DNA of 64,000 bases from an uncultured virus (IMG/VR IMGVR_UViG_3300033141_004958) (IMGVR_UViG_3300033141_004958); one strand, 5' to 3'; positions 19,183 through 28,828 are shown, counted from the stretch's first letter. Made by a program: numbers and translations. The notes: a model not told the origin generated them from the sequence alone.

Positions 19183-19621
19183 TACGTTGCAAGTATCCCA
19201 TGCCGATAAGGCTAAGATACATCTACTCTATGGCATAGGCCGCGATATGTTTTCAAGTTCGCAATCCCACGAAGTATTTGTGTATTCGATGCTGGAGATG
19301 ATAAAGTTTATTTTGCATGATTCAGACCGAGTAAGAGATTATATACGTCAATGTATACAGGCAATTAGCAAAACCAATTCTACTATATATGTAGAGAATC
19401 GTAGTAATAATCGGCATATGTATATTCGAAAATCCTTACCATTGCCACGACCAGTGGCAAATGCACCGGAGTTAAGTATCACTGAATGGTCTGAGTGGAG
19501 CATTTACGCCGATAAGAATATCCATGTTGAAATATGTAATAGAACCCGCTTACGTGGAACAATGCATCGTGTGTTCTCAAATCCAGTACCTGTTTATTTA
19601 ACACTAAAATATAGTAAATAA
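19154..19621 (+). CDS. Hypothetical protein
   Basis: 155-aa ORF overlapping the upstream gene. Confidence 0.55.
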   Translation: MVVIVEGANSTLQVSHADKAKIHLLYGIGRDMFSSSQSHEVFVYSMLEMIKFILHDSDRVRDYIRQCIQAISKTNSTIYVENRSNNRHMYIRKSLPLPRPVANAPELSITEWSEWSIYADKNIHVEICNRTRLRGTMHRVFSNPVPVYLTLKYSK

Positions 19622-19701
19622 TTCTAGACCTGGAGATCATTTTTTGTATAATATATACAGGCAATATATATAACCCTTGCTTATGAGACGTATATACTTC
19701 G

Positions 19702-20127
19702 GTGCCTATCACTGATGATGAACTACTTGCCTGTTTGCGGACATATGATTATTTTATCGAAATGGTTTATAGACCTTGCAAAGGGAGGTACAAAATGAAA
19801 GTATGGATCCAGCGTGACTGCCCGCACTGTCATGGTAATGGTACCATATATTGCCCGGATACATCTCGCATAGACAAGTGCCAGGATTGTGAGGGCAAAG
19901 GACATGTCACCGAGTTTATCTCCATTGATCGAATCCGCGATGCCATCCATATAATCGATGCCCTTGAAGGCGACCAAATATCTCTGAGGGACTATCTTGC
20001 TGGTAAGGCGCTTGCGGCAATTGGCGAATTCGGAATTCGCCAACGGGATGCCCTGGCCCGGTGGTGTTATGAAGTTGCCGACGCTATGCTGGAAGTACGG
20101 AAATCTCCAAATCAAAAGGATAAATGA
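19702..20127 (+). CDS. Zinc-finger protein fused to an LRDY.A..A...Y..ADAML phage module
   Basis: CPHCHGNG...CQDCEGKG; LRDYLAGKAL...YEVADAMLE. Confidence 0.65.
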   Translation: MPITDDELLACLRTYDYFIEMVYRPCKGRYKMKVWIQRDCPHCHGNGTIYCPDTSRIDKCQDCEGKGHVTEFISIDRIRDAIHIIDALEGDQISLRDYLAGKALAAIGEFGIRQRDALARWCYEVADAMLEVRKSPNQKDK

Positions 20128-20140
20128 AGGAAAATCATTT

Positions 20141-20317
20141 ATGGGTAGATTTCGTGACTTTCATGGGCGTATAATGAGTGTTCCTGGCAGTGGATGTGCT
20201 GTACATCATATGCTCGCTGACGATAAGAACTATATGGAAGTGCATTTCTACCGATGCACTTCCACCTGTAAACACTGCAATCCTTGCCCTGAGGAAAAGA
20301 AGGAAAACGAACAATGA
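20141..20317 (+). CDS. Small Cys-rich hypothetical protein
   Basis: AAGGA RBS; CTSTCKHCNPC. Confidence 0.45.
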   Translation: MGRFRDFHGRIMSVPGSGCAVHHMLADDKNYMEVHFYRCTSTCKHCNPCPEEKKENEQ

Positions 20318-20393
20318 AAAATAATGGCTATATTGACACTATATATTACGGCTATTGTATGGCTGCTTATTACTATGGGTTAAGTTAGTAGTC

Positions 20394-20516
20394 AGGGGCT
20401 GCGTGGAAAATCAAAGCCGGCGGTTGTGACGCTTACCCGCCATCGCGTATATCGCGAAAACCAAATAGCGCCCCTCCAGTAAGGCACTGGTGACCGCCAC
20501 GCAGCCCCTTTTTTTT
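20394..20516 (+). ncRNA. Candidate structured RNA closed by a 13-bp stem and ending in a U-tract
   Basis: AGGGGCTGCGTGG...CCACGCAGCCCCT enclosing three internal hairpins, followed by T8. Confidence 0.4.
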
Positions 20517-20527
20517 CAAAATTTCTC

Positions 20528-20555
20528 TTGACCTTACATATGCACCACGTATAAT
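20528..20555 (+). promoter_or_regulatory. Early promoter TTGACC-N16-TATAAT upstream of the repeat-gene array
   Basis: Exact family consensus. Confidence 0.75.
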
Positions 20556-20690
20556 ACATTATAAAATGATATTTACTAAAGCCAAATCACCAGTGAAGGA
20601 AGTAAGATTAAAAACTCAAAGAACAGAAAGGGAATGAAAACAAGAGTAGGACTGATTCCCTTGGGACACTTTATTTTAAAGGAGACGTAA

Positions 20691-21404
20691 ATGCGTAAGT
20701 CATTTATCACCAACGGCGTGCCCAGAAAGGGCCTTTCTAGACGCGACGAGCAGTACATTGTGGCCGACAAGCGGAAGACACTCAAAGACGGTCCGTGGAT
20801 TCTGGTCGATGGCGCCGAAATAGAATGTGCGGTCAATGCCCGCATTATAGGTATGTATGGTTCAGCCTGCATCAAGGTCATGCGTGGTTCGACCTGCGTT
20901 GAAGATATGTACGATGAGGCCCATGTCGATGTCATGCGTGATTCCGCCCGCATCGACTGCATGTTCGAATCGGCCTACGTTGGCAGGATGTACGATTCCG
21001 CCAGCATCAAGATCATGCATGATTCGACCTGCGTCGAAAGCATGTACGATTCGGCCTACATCGGCAACATGGTCGATGAGGCTCGTGTCGATGACATGTA
21101 CGGCGAGGCTCGCGTCGAAACCATGCACGAGGAGGCCCACATCGACATCATGTACGATGATGCCCGTGTCGATGCCATGTACGAGGAGGCCCACATCGGC
21201 ACCATGTGCGATAAGGCTCGCGTCGATGTCATGCGCCATATGGCCAGCGTTGGTATCATGCGCGATTCGGCCTATGTCGGTGCCATGTACGATTCAACCC
21301 GAGTCGATGTTATGCGTGATTCAGCCTGCGTCGAAGACATGTACGAGCAGGTCAGCGTCGGTGCCATAGGTGGTTCGGCGCGCATTGTGCATGACCACCG
21401 ATAG
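20691..21404 (+). CDS. Nonapeptide-repeat beta-solenoid protein 1 (short N-terminus, 20 repeats)
   Basis: M[YHRC]DSA[RCHY][VI]xx repeats after GPWILVDGAEIECAVNARIIG. Confidence 0.85.
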   Translation: MRKSFITNGVPRKGLSRRDEQYIVADKRKTLKDGPWILVDGAEIECAVNARIIGMYGSACIKVMRGSTCVEDMYDEAHVDVMRDSARIDCMFESAYVGRMYDSASIKIMHDSTCVESMYDSAYIGNMVDEARVDDMYGEARVETMHEEAHIDIMYDDARVDAMYEEAHIGTMCDKARVDVMRHMASVGIMRDSAYVGAMYDSTRVDVMRDSACVEDMYEQVSVGAIGGSARIVHDHR

Positions 21405-21435
21405 AGGACTCTATCGCCGATAGAGGAGGTATGAA

Positions 21436-22131
21436 ATGTGTAGATCGTTTTCAGGGATCGCGTCGAGGCACGAAACTTACCATCTCGACTGGAGTGACCG
21501 CTATGAGGACATTATCGAATGGTTCAATCTTCCCGACGACCCCGACGAAATCGTTCGCTATGAATACAGCCCCTATAACGATAAATACGACGACTTGACG
21601 GCTTACCTATTGACAGTAGATCAGGACATTCTGCCCGACTGGTGGCATGACCGCAAGGTTGAAATCGAGGCGCAGATGGCCGGATATGTCGAGCGTTGCA
21701 TTGTGGCCGATAGGCGGAAGATACTCGGCGGAGGCCCCTGGATTCTGGCGGATGGTGCGGAAATAGACTGTGCGGTCAATGCCCGTATCATCGGCATGTA
21801 CGGTTCGGCCTGCATCAAGGTCATGCGTGGTTCGACCTACGTCGGCACGATGTGTGGTTCAGCATGCGTCCGTGCTATGTGCGATTTGGCCCACATCAGC
21901 ACCATACGCGAATTGGCCCACATCAACATCATGCGCGATTCGGCCTGCGTCGAAACCATGCGCGATTCGGCCCGCATCAACAGCATGCACGATTTGGCTC
22001 GTGTCGAAGGCATGTATGATTCAGCCTGCGTCGGCATCATGTACGATTCAGCCCGCGTCGAGGCCATGTACGATTCGGCCTACGTCGAAATCAGAAACGG
22101 CGCGGCCGCCATTGCGCATGACCGCCGATAG
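21436..22131 (+). CDS. Nonapeptide-repeat protein 2 (long N-terminus, 12 repeats)
   Basis: MCxxFSGIA...DQDILPDWWHDR domain plus repeats. Confidence 0.85.
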   Translation: MCRSFSGIASRHETYHLDWSDRYEDIIEWFNLPDDPDEIVRYEYSPYNDKYDDLTAYLLTVDQDILPDWWHDRKVEIEAQMAGYVERCIVADRRKILGGGPWILADGAEIDCAVNARIIGMYGSACIKVMRGSTYVGTMCGSACVRAMCDLAHISTIRELAHINIMRDSACVETMRDSARINSMHDLARVEGMYDSACVGIMYDSARVEAMYDSAYVEIRNGAAAIAHDRR

Positions 22132-22179
22132 AATCGGTGTGAAATGTGTAAACGTAATCTTAAAGGAAAGGAGATGTAA

Positions 22180-23295
22180 ATGCGTAAGTCATTTATCGCC
22201 AGCGGCGCGTCCAGAAAGCTTTCTGGACGCGACGAGCGGTACATTGTGGCCGACAAGCGGAAGACACTCGAAGGCGGTCCGTGGATTCTGGTCGATGGCG
22301 CCGAAATAGAATGTGCGGTCAATGCCCGCATTATAGGTATGTATGGCTCAGCCTGCATCAAGGTCATGCGTGGTTCGACCTGCGTTGAAGATATGTATGA
22401 TTCGGCCCGCATCGGTACCATGCGCGATTCCGCCGGCGTTGGCACCATACGCGATTCGGCCTGCGTCGAAAGCATGCACGACTCGACCCGCGTCGAAGGC
22501 ATGTACGGTTCGACCCACATCGCCGTCATGTACGATTCGGCCCAGATTGGCACAATGTACGGGTCGGCCTGCATCGGCACCATGCGCGATTCGGCTCGTG
22601 TCGATGTTATGCGCGATTCAGCCCATATCGCTGCCATGTACGGTAAGGCTCGCGTCGAAACCATGCGCGATTCAGCTAGCATCAAGATCATGTGGGATTC
22701 GGCCCGCATCGAAAGCGTGTATGATTCGGCTCGCGCTGATGTCATGCACGATTCGGCTCGCGTCGGTGTCATGCGCGAATTCGCCCAGGTCGAGGCCGTG
22801 TGTGATTCGGCCTGCATCGAAAGCATGTACGACTCGGCCTATATCGTTGCCATGCGTGATTCGGCCTGCATCGAAAGCATGCACGATTCGGCCCGCGTCG
22901 AAGCCATGTACGGTTCGGCTCGTGTCGATGTTGTGCGCGATTCAGCCTGCATCGGCACCATACGCGATTCGGCCTGCGTCGAAACCATGCGCGATTCGGC
23001 CTACGTCGAAGACATGTACGGTTCGACCCGCATCGCCGTCATGTACGATTCGACCCAGATTGGCACGATGTACGGGTCGGCCTGCATCAGCACCATGCGC
23101 GATTCGGCTCGTGTCGATGTTATGCGCGATTCAGCCCGCGTTGATGCCATGTACGAGTCGGCTTATGTCGGCACCATGCGCGATTCAGCTAGCATCAAGA
23201 TCATGTGGGATTCGGCCCGCATCGAAAGCGTGTATGATTCGGCTCGCGTTGATGTCATGCACGATTCGGCCGCCATTGCGCATGACCGCCGATAG
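22180..23295 (+). CDS. Nonapeptide-repeat protein 3 (short N-terminus, 35 repeats)
   Basis: Same N-terminus type as 20691; internal block duplication. Confidence 0.85.
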   Translation: MRKSFIASGASRKLSGRDERYIVADKRKTLEGGPWILVDGAEIECAVNARIIGMYGSACIKVMRGSTCVEDMYDSARIGTMRDSAGVGTIRDSACVESMHDSTRVEGMYGSTHIAVMYDSAQIGTMYGSACIGTMRDSARVDVMRDSAHIAAMYGKARVETMRDSASIKIMWDSARIESVYDSARADVMHDSARVGVMREFAQVEAVCDSACIESMYDSAYIVAMRDSACIESMHDSARVEAMYGSARVDVVRDSACIGTIRDSACVETMRDSAYVEDMYGSTRIAVMYDSTQIGTMYGSACISTMRDSARVDVMRDSARVDAMYESAYVGTMRDSASIKIMWDSARIESVYDSARVDVMHDSAAIAHDRR

Positions 23296-23307
23296 AAGAG
23301 GGGTGAA

Positions 23308-24066
23308 ATGTATAAGTCATTCAGCGGCATCGCGCTTAAGCGCGACAATCGCTATCTCGACTGGAGTGACCGCTACGAGGACATTATCGAGTGGTTCAAT
23401 CTTCCCGATGATCCGGAGAAAATCGTCTGCTATGAGTATGTCCCGCGCGAGTGGCGTTACGATGACCCGGAGGCGTACGAGTTGCGCGTCGCTCAGGACA
23501 TTCTGCCCGACTGGTGGCATGACCGCAAGGTTGAAATCGAGTCGCAAATGGCCGGGTATGTGAAGCGCTGCATTGTCTCGGACAAGCAGGAGATTCTCGG
23601 CGGTGGCCCGTGGATTCTTGCGGACGGTGCGGAAATAGAATGTGCGGTCAATGCCCGCATTATAGGTATGTATGGCTCGGCTCGGATCAGTGCCATGCAC
23701 GATTCCGCCCGAGTCGATGTTATGCGTGATTCAGCCTGCGTCCGTGCCATAGGTGACTCGGCCAGCGTGGGCGCCATGTACGATTCGGCCTGTGTCCGTG
23801 CCATAGGCGATTCGGCCCACGTTGGCGCAATGTACGATTCAGCCTATGTCGGTACGATGCGCGACTTGGCCCACATCGGCACGATGTACGAGTCGGCCCG
23901 TGTCAACATCATGCACGATTCAGCCCGAATCGGTGTCATGTGTGAGTCGGCCTACATCGGTACTATGTATGACTCGGCCCGCATTGAAAGCATGTATGAT
24001 TCTGCGCATATCGCTGCCATACACAATTCGGCCGGTATTGCGCATGACCATCGTAAGGAGAAGTGA
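23308..24066 (+). CDS. Nonapeptide-repeat protein 4 (14 repeats)
   Basis: Paralogous N-terminal domain plus repeats. Confidence 0.85.
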   Translation: MYKSFSGIALKRDNRYLDWSDRYEDIIEWFNLPDDPEKIVCYEYVPREWRYDDPEAYELRVAQDILPDWWHDRKVEIESQMAGYVKRCIVSDKQEILGGGPWILADGAEIECAVNARIIGMYGSARISAMHDSARVDVMRDSACVRAIGDSASVGAMYDSACVRAIGDSAHVGAMYDSAYVGTMRDLAHIGTMYESARVNIMHDSARIGVMCESAYIGTMYDSARIESMYDSAHIAAIHNSAGIAHDHRKEK

Positions 24067-24067
24067 A

Positions 24068-24898
24068 ATGTGTAGACCGTTTTCAGGAATTGCTTTGATA
24101 CGGGAGATCCGCCGTCTCGACTGGTCAGACAGCCACGAGGATATTATCGAGTGGTTCGATCTCCTCGATGACCCGGAGAAAATCGTTCGCTATGAGTATG
24201 CTCCGCGCGAGGGTCGCTACGACGACTTGGCGTCATACGAGTTGCGCGTCGATCAGGATATTCTGCCCGACTGGTGGCATGACCGGGCGAAGGAACTCCA
24301 GTGGCAGTTGGCCAGGTATGTGAAGCGCTGCATCATCTCGGACAAGCGCAAGATTCTCGGCGGTGGCCCGTGGATTCTTGCGGACGGTGCGGAAATAGAA
24401 TGTGCGGTCAATGCCCGTATCATCGGCATGTATGGTTCGGCCCGCATCAAGGTCATGCGTGGTTCAGCCCGCGTCGGCAGGATGTGTGGTTCCTCCCGCA
24501 TCGGTGTCATGGACAGTTCAACCTACGTCGATGCCATGCACGATTCGGCCCAGATAGCTATCATGCGCAATTCGGCTCATGTCGGCACCATGTGCGATTC
24601 GGCCTACGTAGAGGCCATGCACCATTCGGCCCACGTCGAAGGCATGTATGATTCTGCCCGCATCAAGGTCATGCACGATTCAGCCCGCGTTGATGCTATG
24701 CGCGACCTGGCCCACATCGGCATGATGCGCGATTCAGCCCGCGTTGATGCCATGTACGAGAAGGCGCGCATCAACATCATGCGCGATTCAGCCCGCGTTG
24801 ATGCCATGTACGAGGAGGCCCGCATCAACATCATGCGCGATTCAGCCCACGTCGAATACATGTACGGGGCGGCCGCCATTGCGCATGACCGCCGATAG
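24068..24898 (+). CDS. Nonapeptide-repeat protein 5 (17 repeats)
   Basis: Start MCRPFSG at 24068 after AAGGAG; the ORF-track extension upstream is a shadow frame. Confidence 0.85.
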   Translation: MCRPFSGIALIREIRRLDWSDSHEDIIEWFDLLDDPEKIVRYEYAPREGRYDDLASYELRVDQDILPDWWHDRAKELQWQLARYVKRCIISDKRKILGGGPWILADGAEIECAVNARIIGMYGSARIKVMRGSARVGRMCGSSRIGVMDSSTYVDAMHDSAQIAIMRNSAHVGTMCDSAYVEAMHHSAHVEGMYDSARIKVMHDSARVDAMRDLAHIGMMRDSARVDAMYEKARINIMRDSARVDAMYEEARINIMRDSAHVEYMYGAAAIAHDRR

Positions 24899-24910
24899 AG
24901 GAGGGGTGAA

Positions 24911-25903
24911 ATGTGTAAGTCATTCAGTGGCGTCGCGCTTCGACGCCACAATCGCTATCTCGATTGGTCAGACAGCCACGAGGATATTATCGAGTATTTC
25001 GGGTTGCCCGATGATCCGGAGAAAATCGTCCGCTATGAGTATGCTCCGCGCGAGGATCGTTACGACGACTTGGCCTCATACGAATTGCGCGTCGATCAGG
25101 ACATTCTGCCCGGCTGGTGGCACGACCGCAAGGTTGAAATCGAGTCGCAAATGGCCGAACGCGCCCGCCGCTGCATTGTGGCCGATAGGCGGAAGATGCT
25201 CAAAGGCGGCCCCTGGATTCTGGTGGACGGTGCGGAAATAGAATGTGCGGTCAATGCCCGCATTATAGGTATGTATGGTTCGGCCCGGATCAGTGCCATG
25301 TGGGGTTCGGCCTGCGTCGAAAGCATGTACGATTCGGCCTGCGTCAGCGCCATGCACGAGGAGGCCCGTGTCGATGCCATGCGTGAATCAGCCCACGTCG
25401 ATGCCATGCACGATTCAGCCCACGTCGAAGGCATGTATGATTCAGCCCGCATCGGGGTCATGCACGAGTCGGCCCACGTCGAAGGCATGTACGATTCGGC
25501 TCACGTCGAAGGCATGTATGATTCGGCCCACGTCGAAACCATGTACGATTCGGCCAGCGTCAAAACCATGTACGAGTCGGCCTACGTCGATGCCATGTGG
25601 GATTCGGCCCAGATCGCTACCATGCGCAATTCGGCGCGCGTCGGTGTCATGTGCGAGACGGCCCACGTCGATGCCATGTACAATTCGGCTCACGTCGAAG
25701 GCATGTACGATTCGGCCTGCGTCGAAGGCATGTACGATTCGGCCTGCGTCGAAGATATGTACGATTCGGCCAGCGTCAACACCATGCGCGATTCGGCTCG
25801 CGTTGATAACATGTACGAGTCGTCGCGCATCAACATCATGCGCGATTCAGCCCGCGTTGATGCCATATACGAGTCGGCCGGTATTGCACATGACTGCCGA
25901 TAG
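24911..25903 (+). CDS. Nonapeptide-repeat protein 6 (23 repeats)
   Basis: Paralogous N-terminal domain plus repeats. Confidence 0.85.
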   Translation: MCKSFSGVALRRHNRYLDWSDSHEDIIEYFGLPDDPEKIVRYEYAPREDRYDDLASYELRVDQDILPGWWHDRKVEIESQMAERARRCIVADRRKMLKGGPWILVDGAEIECAVNARIIGMYGSARISAMWGSACVESMYDSACVSAMHEEARVDAMRESAHVDAMHDSAHVEGMYDSARIGVMHESAHVEGMYDSAHVEGMYDSAHVETMYDSASVKTMYESAYVDAMWDSAQIATMRNSARVGVMCETAHVDAMYNSAHVEGMYDSACVEGMYDSACVEDMYDSASVNTMRDSARVDNMYESSRINIMRDSARVDAIYESAGIAHDCR

Positions 25904-25915
25904 AGGAGATGTGAA

Positions 25916-26719
25916 ATGTGTAGATCGTTTTCGGGAATTGCTTTGAAACGGGAAATCCGCCGCCTCGATTGGAGCGACAGCCACGAGGATATTATCGAGT
26001 GGTTCGGTTTACCCGATGACCCGGAACAAATCGTCCGCTATGAATATAGCCCCTATAACGGCGAATACGACAACTTGGCGTCATACGAGTTGCGCGTCGA
26101 TCAGGACGTTCTGCCCGACTGGTGGCATGACCGGGCGGACGAAATCCGGTCGGAGATGGCCGGGTATGTCGAGCGCTGCATTGTGGCCGATAGGCGGAAG
26201 ATACTCGGCGGTGGTCCGTGGATTCTGGTGGACGGTGCGGAAATAGACTGTGCGATCAATGCCCGCATTATAGGTATGTATGGTTCAGCTCGGATCAACA
26301 GCATGTACCGTTCGGCCTGCGTCGGCAGGATGTGCGATTCGGCCTGCATCAACATCATGCAGGAGGCGGCTTGCGTCACCTTTATGTATGGTTCGGCTCA
26401 CATCGGCACCATGCACGATTCGGCCGGTGTCGGCGAAATGCGCGAATCGGCTCGCGTTGATACCATGCACGATTCGGCCAGCATCAAGATCATGCGCGAT
26501 TCGACCCGCGTCGAAACCATGCGCGATTCGGCCCGTGTCCGTGCCATGTATGAGTTGGCCTACGTCGGCACCATGCACGACTCGGCTCGCGTTGATGCCA
26601 TGTACGATTCAGCCCATATCGCTGCCATGTATGAGTCGGCCTACGTAGAGGCTATGCACCATTCGACCTACATCAGTGCCATATATGATTCGGCGCGCAT
26701 TGCACATGATTACCGATAG
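25916..26719 (+). CDS. Nonapeptide-repeat protein 7 (16 repeats)
   Basis: Paralogous N-terminal domain plus repeats. Confidence 0.85.
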   Translation: MCRSFSGIALKREIRRLDWSDSHEDIIEWFGLPDDPEQIVRYEYSPYNGEYDNLASYELRVDQDVLPDWWHDRADEIRSEMAGYVERCIVADRRKILGGGPWILVDGAEIDCAINARIIGMYGSARINSMYRSACVGRMCDSACINIMQEAACVTFMYGSAHIGTMHDSAGVGEMRESARVDTMHDSASIKIMRDSTRVETMRDSARVRAMYELAYVGTMHDSARVDAMYDSAHIAAMYESAYVEAMHHSTYISAIYDSARIAHDYR

Positions 26720-26731
26720 AAGAGGGGTGAA

Positions 26732-27469
26732 ATGTGTAAACAACCATTCAGCGGCATCGCGCTTAAGCGCGACAATCGCTATCTCGACTGGAGCGACCGC
26801 TACGAGGACATTATCGAATGGTTCAATCTTCCCGACAACCCCGACGAAATCGTCCGCTATGAGTATGCCCCGCGCGAGGGTCGCTACGACGACTTGGCGG
26901 CTTACCGATTGAAGGTGAAGCAGGACATCGTGCCCGACTGGTGGCATGACCGCGCGGACGAAATCCGGTCGCAAATGGCCAAACGCGTCAGCCGTTGCAT
27001 TGTGGCCGATAGGCGGAAGATACTCGGCGGTGGTCCGTGGATTCTGGTCGATGGCGCCGAAATAGAATGTGCGGTTAATGCCCGTATCATCGGCATGTAC
27101 GGTTCAGCGCGCGTCGATGTTATGCGTGATTCAGCCCGCGTCGATGTTATGCGTGATTCAGCCTGCGTCGGCATCATGTACGGTTTAACCTACATCGGTA
27201 CCATATACAACCTGACTCACATCATTGTCATGCACGATTCGACCCAGATCGGCACGATGTACGGTTCGGCCCATGTCGATGTCATGCGCGACTCGACCCG
27301 CATCAACACCATGCACGATTCAGCCCATATCGCTGCCATGTATGAGTCGGCTTACGTAGAGGCCATGTACAATTCGGCCTACATCAGTGCCATGTATGAT
27401 TCGGCCCGAGTCGGTGCTATGTACGACTCAACCCGCATCGCGCATGACTACCGGATAGAGGAAGACTAA
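26732..27469 (+). CDS. Nonapeptide-repeat protein 8 (13 repeats)
   Basis: Paralogous N-terminal domain plus repeats. Confidence 0.85.
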   Translation: MCKQPFSGIALKRDNRYLDWSDRYEDIIEWFNLPDNPDEIVRYEYAPREGRYDDLAAYRLKVKQDIVPDWWHDRADEIRSQMAKRVSRCIVADRRKILGGGPWILVDGAEIECAVNARIIGMYGSARVDVMRDSARVDVMRDSACVGIMYGLTYIGTIYNLTHIIVMHDSTQIGTMYGSAHVDVMRDSTRINTMHDSAHIAAMYESAYVEAMYNSAYISAMYDSARVGAMYDSTRIAHDYRIEED

Positions 27470-27472
27470 TAA

Positions 27473-27769
27473 ATGCGCCGAAACTTAGAGCACTTGAATA
27501 AAAGTCAGGGAGGCTATGATGCCTTCGACCGCTTGTCCAGCATGAAGAAGTACTACAGCCGGAGGCGCACGGTGCAATTTTTCCTCCTCACCGACAAAGG
27601 CATCAAGTTCCATCGTCCCATATGTGCAGTATGTGGGGAACCAATCACCGTTGAGAGCGGGAATCGAGGCCAGTACCATCCGAAACGTCGTCAGCACATC
27701 CTAATGCACTATAAGTGCGCTTGGAGTGCTCTGGCAAAAGACTGGTTTGGGGCAGTAGATAGAAAGTGA
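27473..27769 (+). CDS. Small Zn-binding hypothetical protein
   Basis: CAVC...HYKC. Confidence 0.55.
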   Translation: MRRNLEHLNKSQGGYDAFDRLSSMKKYYSRRRTVQFFLLTDKGIKFHRPICAVCGEPITVESGNRGQYHPKRRQHILMHYKCAWSALAKDWFGAVDRK

Positions 27770-28209
27770 CAAAGATGACAAAGGCTGAAATCCAAAAACA
27801 TATCTACCAATTTGGAGTGCCCCTGGCACTCGACAAGTTTGATTGGAACGATAAAGAGAAACGATTTCAAACGCAAGAATCAAACCTCCAAATCCAATGC
27901 GAAGACATAGACAACATGAACATCTCCGTCCAGCACAATTGTTCCATTAGCGTTGGAGCAGGCTGTACCATCATAGGAGGACGTAGATGTGATGTCCTTG
28001 CAAATAAGGATTGCCGAATCATTTTGCTTGATGAGGCCAGGATAAAGGCAGGAGAGGGTTGTTCTATTGATGTCGGGAAAGATTCCTTTATCACGGCTGG
28101 GAATGGATCGTCAATCCGAGCTCGAACTAACGGAACAATTTTGACAGGGCCAAATAGTAAGGTAGATGCCGAACGAGGATGCACAGTTGGACGAATGGTC
28201 CCTATATAG
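27766..28209 (+). CDS. Octapeptide-repeat beta-helix protein
   Basis: N-terminal EIQK...G.PLAL.KF.W; G..C.I.. repeats of period 8; paralog of 28972. Confidence 0.7.
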   Translation: MTKMTKAEIQKHIYQFGVPLALDKFDWNDKEKRFQTQESNLQIQCEDIDNMNISVQHNCSISVGAGCTIIGGRRCDVLANKDCRIILLDEARIKAGEGCSIDVGKDSFITAGNGSSIRARTNGTILTGPNSKVDAERGCTVGRMVPI

Positions 28210-28215
28210 TAGGAG

Positions 28216-28431
28216 ATGAACATCCCCTTGAATCGGGAAGCGATTGACTTGATTAACCGCATTTGGGGGGAAGAGGATCTGCACAAACCAATAGTCGATA
28301 TAACGGATCTGGAGGGCCCCGCCTCTATGCGACGCCGAAGAATAAAGGAAACCGACAGGGTTGCTTTGTCCATGAAGCCAATACAATCCAGGAACTGCGT
28401 ACGTTGGCAAATCAAATATCGGGTGCATTGA
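28216..28431 (+). CDS. Hypothetical protein
   Basis: AGGAG RBS. Confidence 0.4.
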   Translation: MNIPLNREAIDLINRIWGEEDLHKPIVDITDLEGPASMRRRRIKETDRVALSMKPIQSRNCVRWQIKYRVH

Positions 28432-28462
28432 AACATTGAATACAAAGAAAAGGAGCATAGGC

Positions 28463-28615
28463 ATGGCAGAACCGCTAAATGTTGGGGTTGAGCAGGATGC
28501 AGAGGGGCGTTGGTATGTAGAATTTCCAATCGATTGCGGCACTGCTTGGCTGCTATGCAAAAATGAAAAAGCAGCCAGACACCTGGCAAACGTCATGAAG
28601 GAATGTGTAAAATAA
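28463..28615 (+). CDS. Small hypothetical protein (50 aa)
   Basis: AAGGAG RBS; MAEPLNVGVEQDAEGRWYVEF... Confidence 0.5.
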   Translation: MAEPLNVGVEQDAEGRWYVEFPIDCGTAWLLCKNEKAARHLANVMKECVK

Positions 28616-28828
28616 TACTGGAAGATATCATAAATGTAGCGCTAACTCGAGCAGTTTCCGGCAGCGGAAGGGTTTGGCTTCTTGAGCAGAATTCCAATTT
28701 GACAAGTGGATATGAAAATTGCGTTGTTGGTGGTGGGATGGATGTTCTGGCCTGTCATATATAGTGCTTACCAAGATTGTCTATAGGGGCGGGGAGGAAC
28801 GATACACCGCCGATTGATCAAAAAGAAA

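Noticed and set aside
20576..27177. Long alternative-frame and antisense ORFs over the repeat array (PCTIRPAS..., MxxTRAES...)
   Set aside because: They are shadows of the stop-free 27-bp repeat; only the M.DSA frame has RBSs and conserved N- and C-terminal domains
20691..27469. CRISPR array or diversity-generating retroelement
   Set aside because: The repeats are contiguous, coding and degenerate with no unique spacers; there is no reverse transcriptase or TR/VR pair in the window; variation is not restricted to adenines
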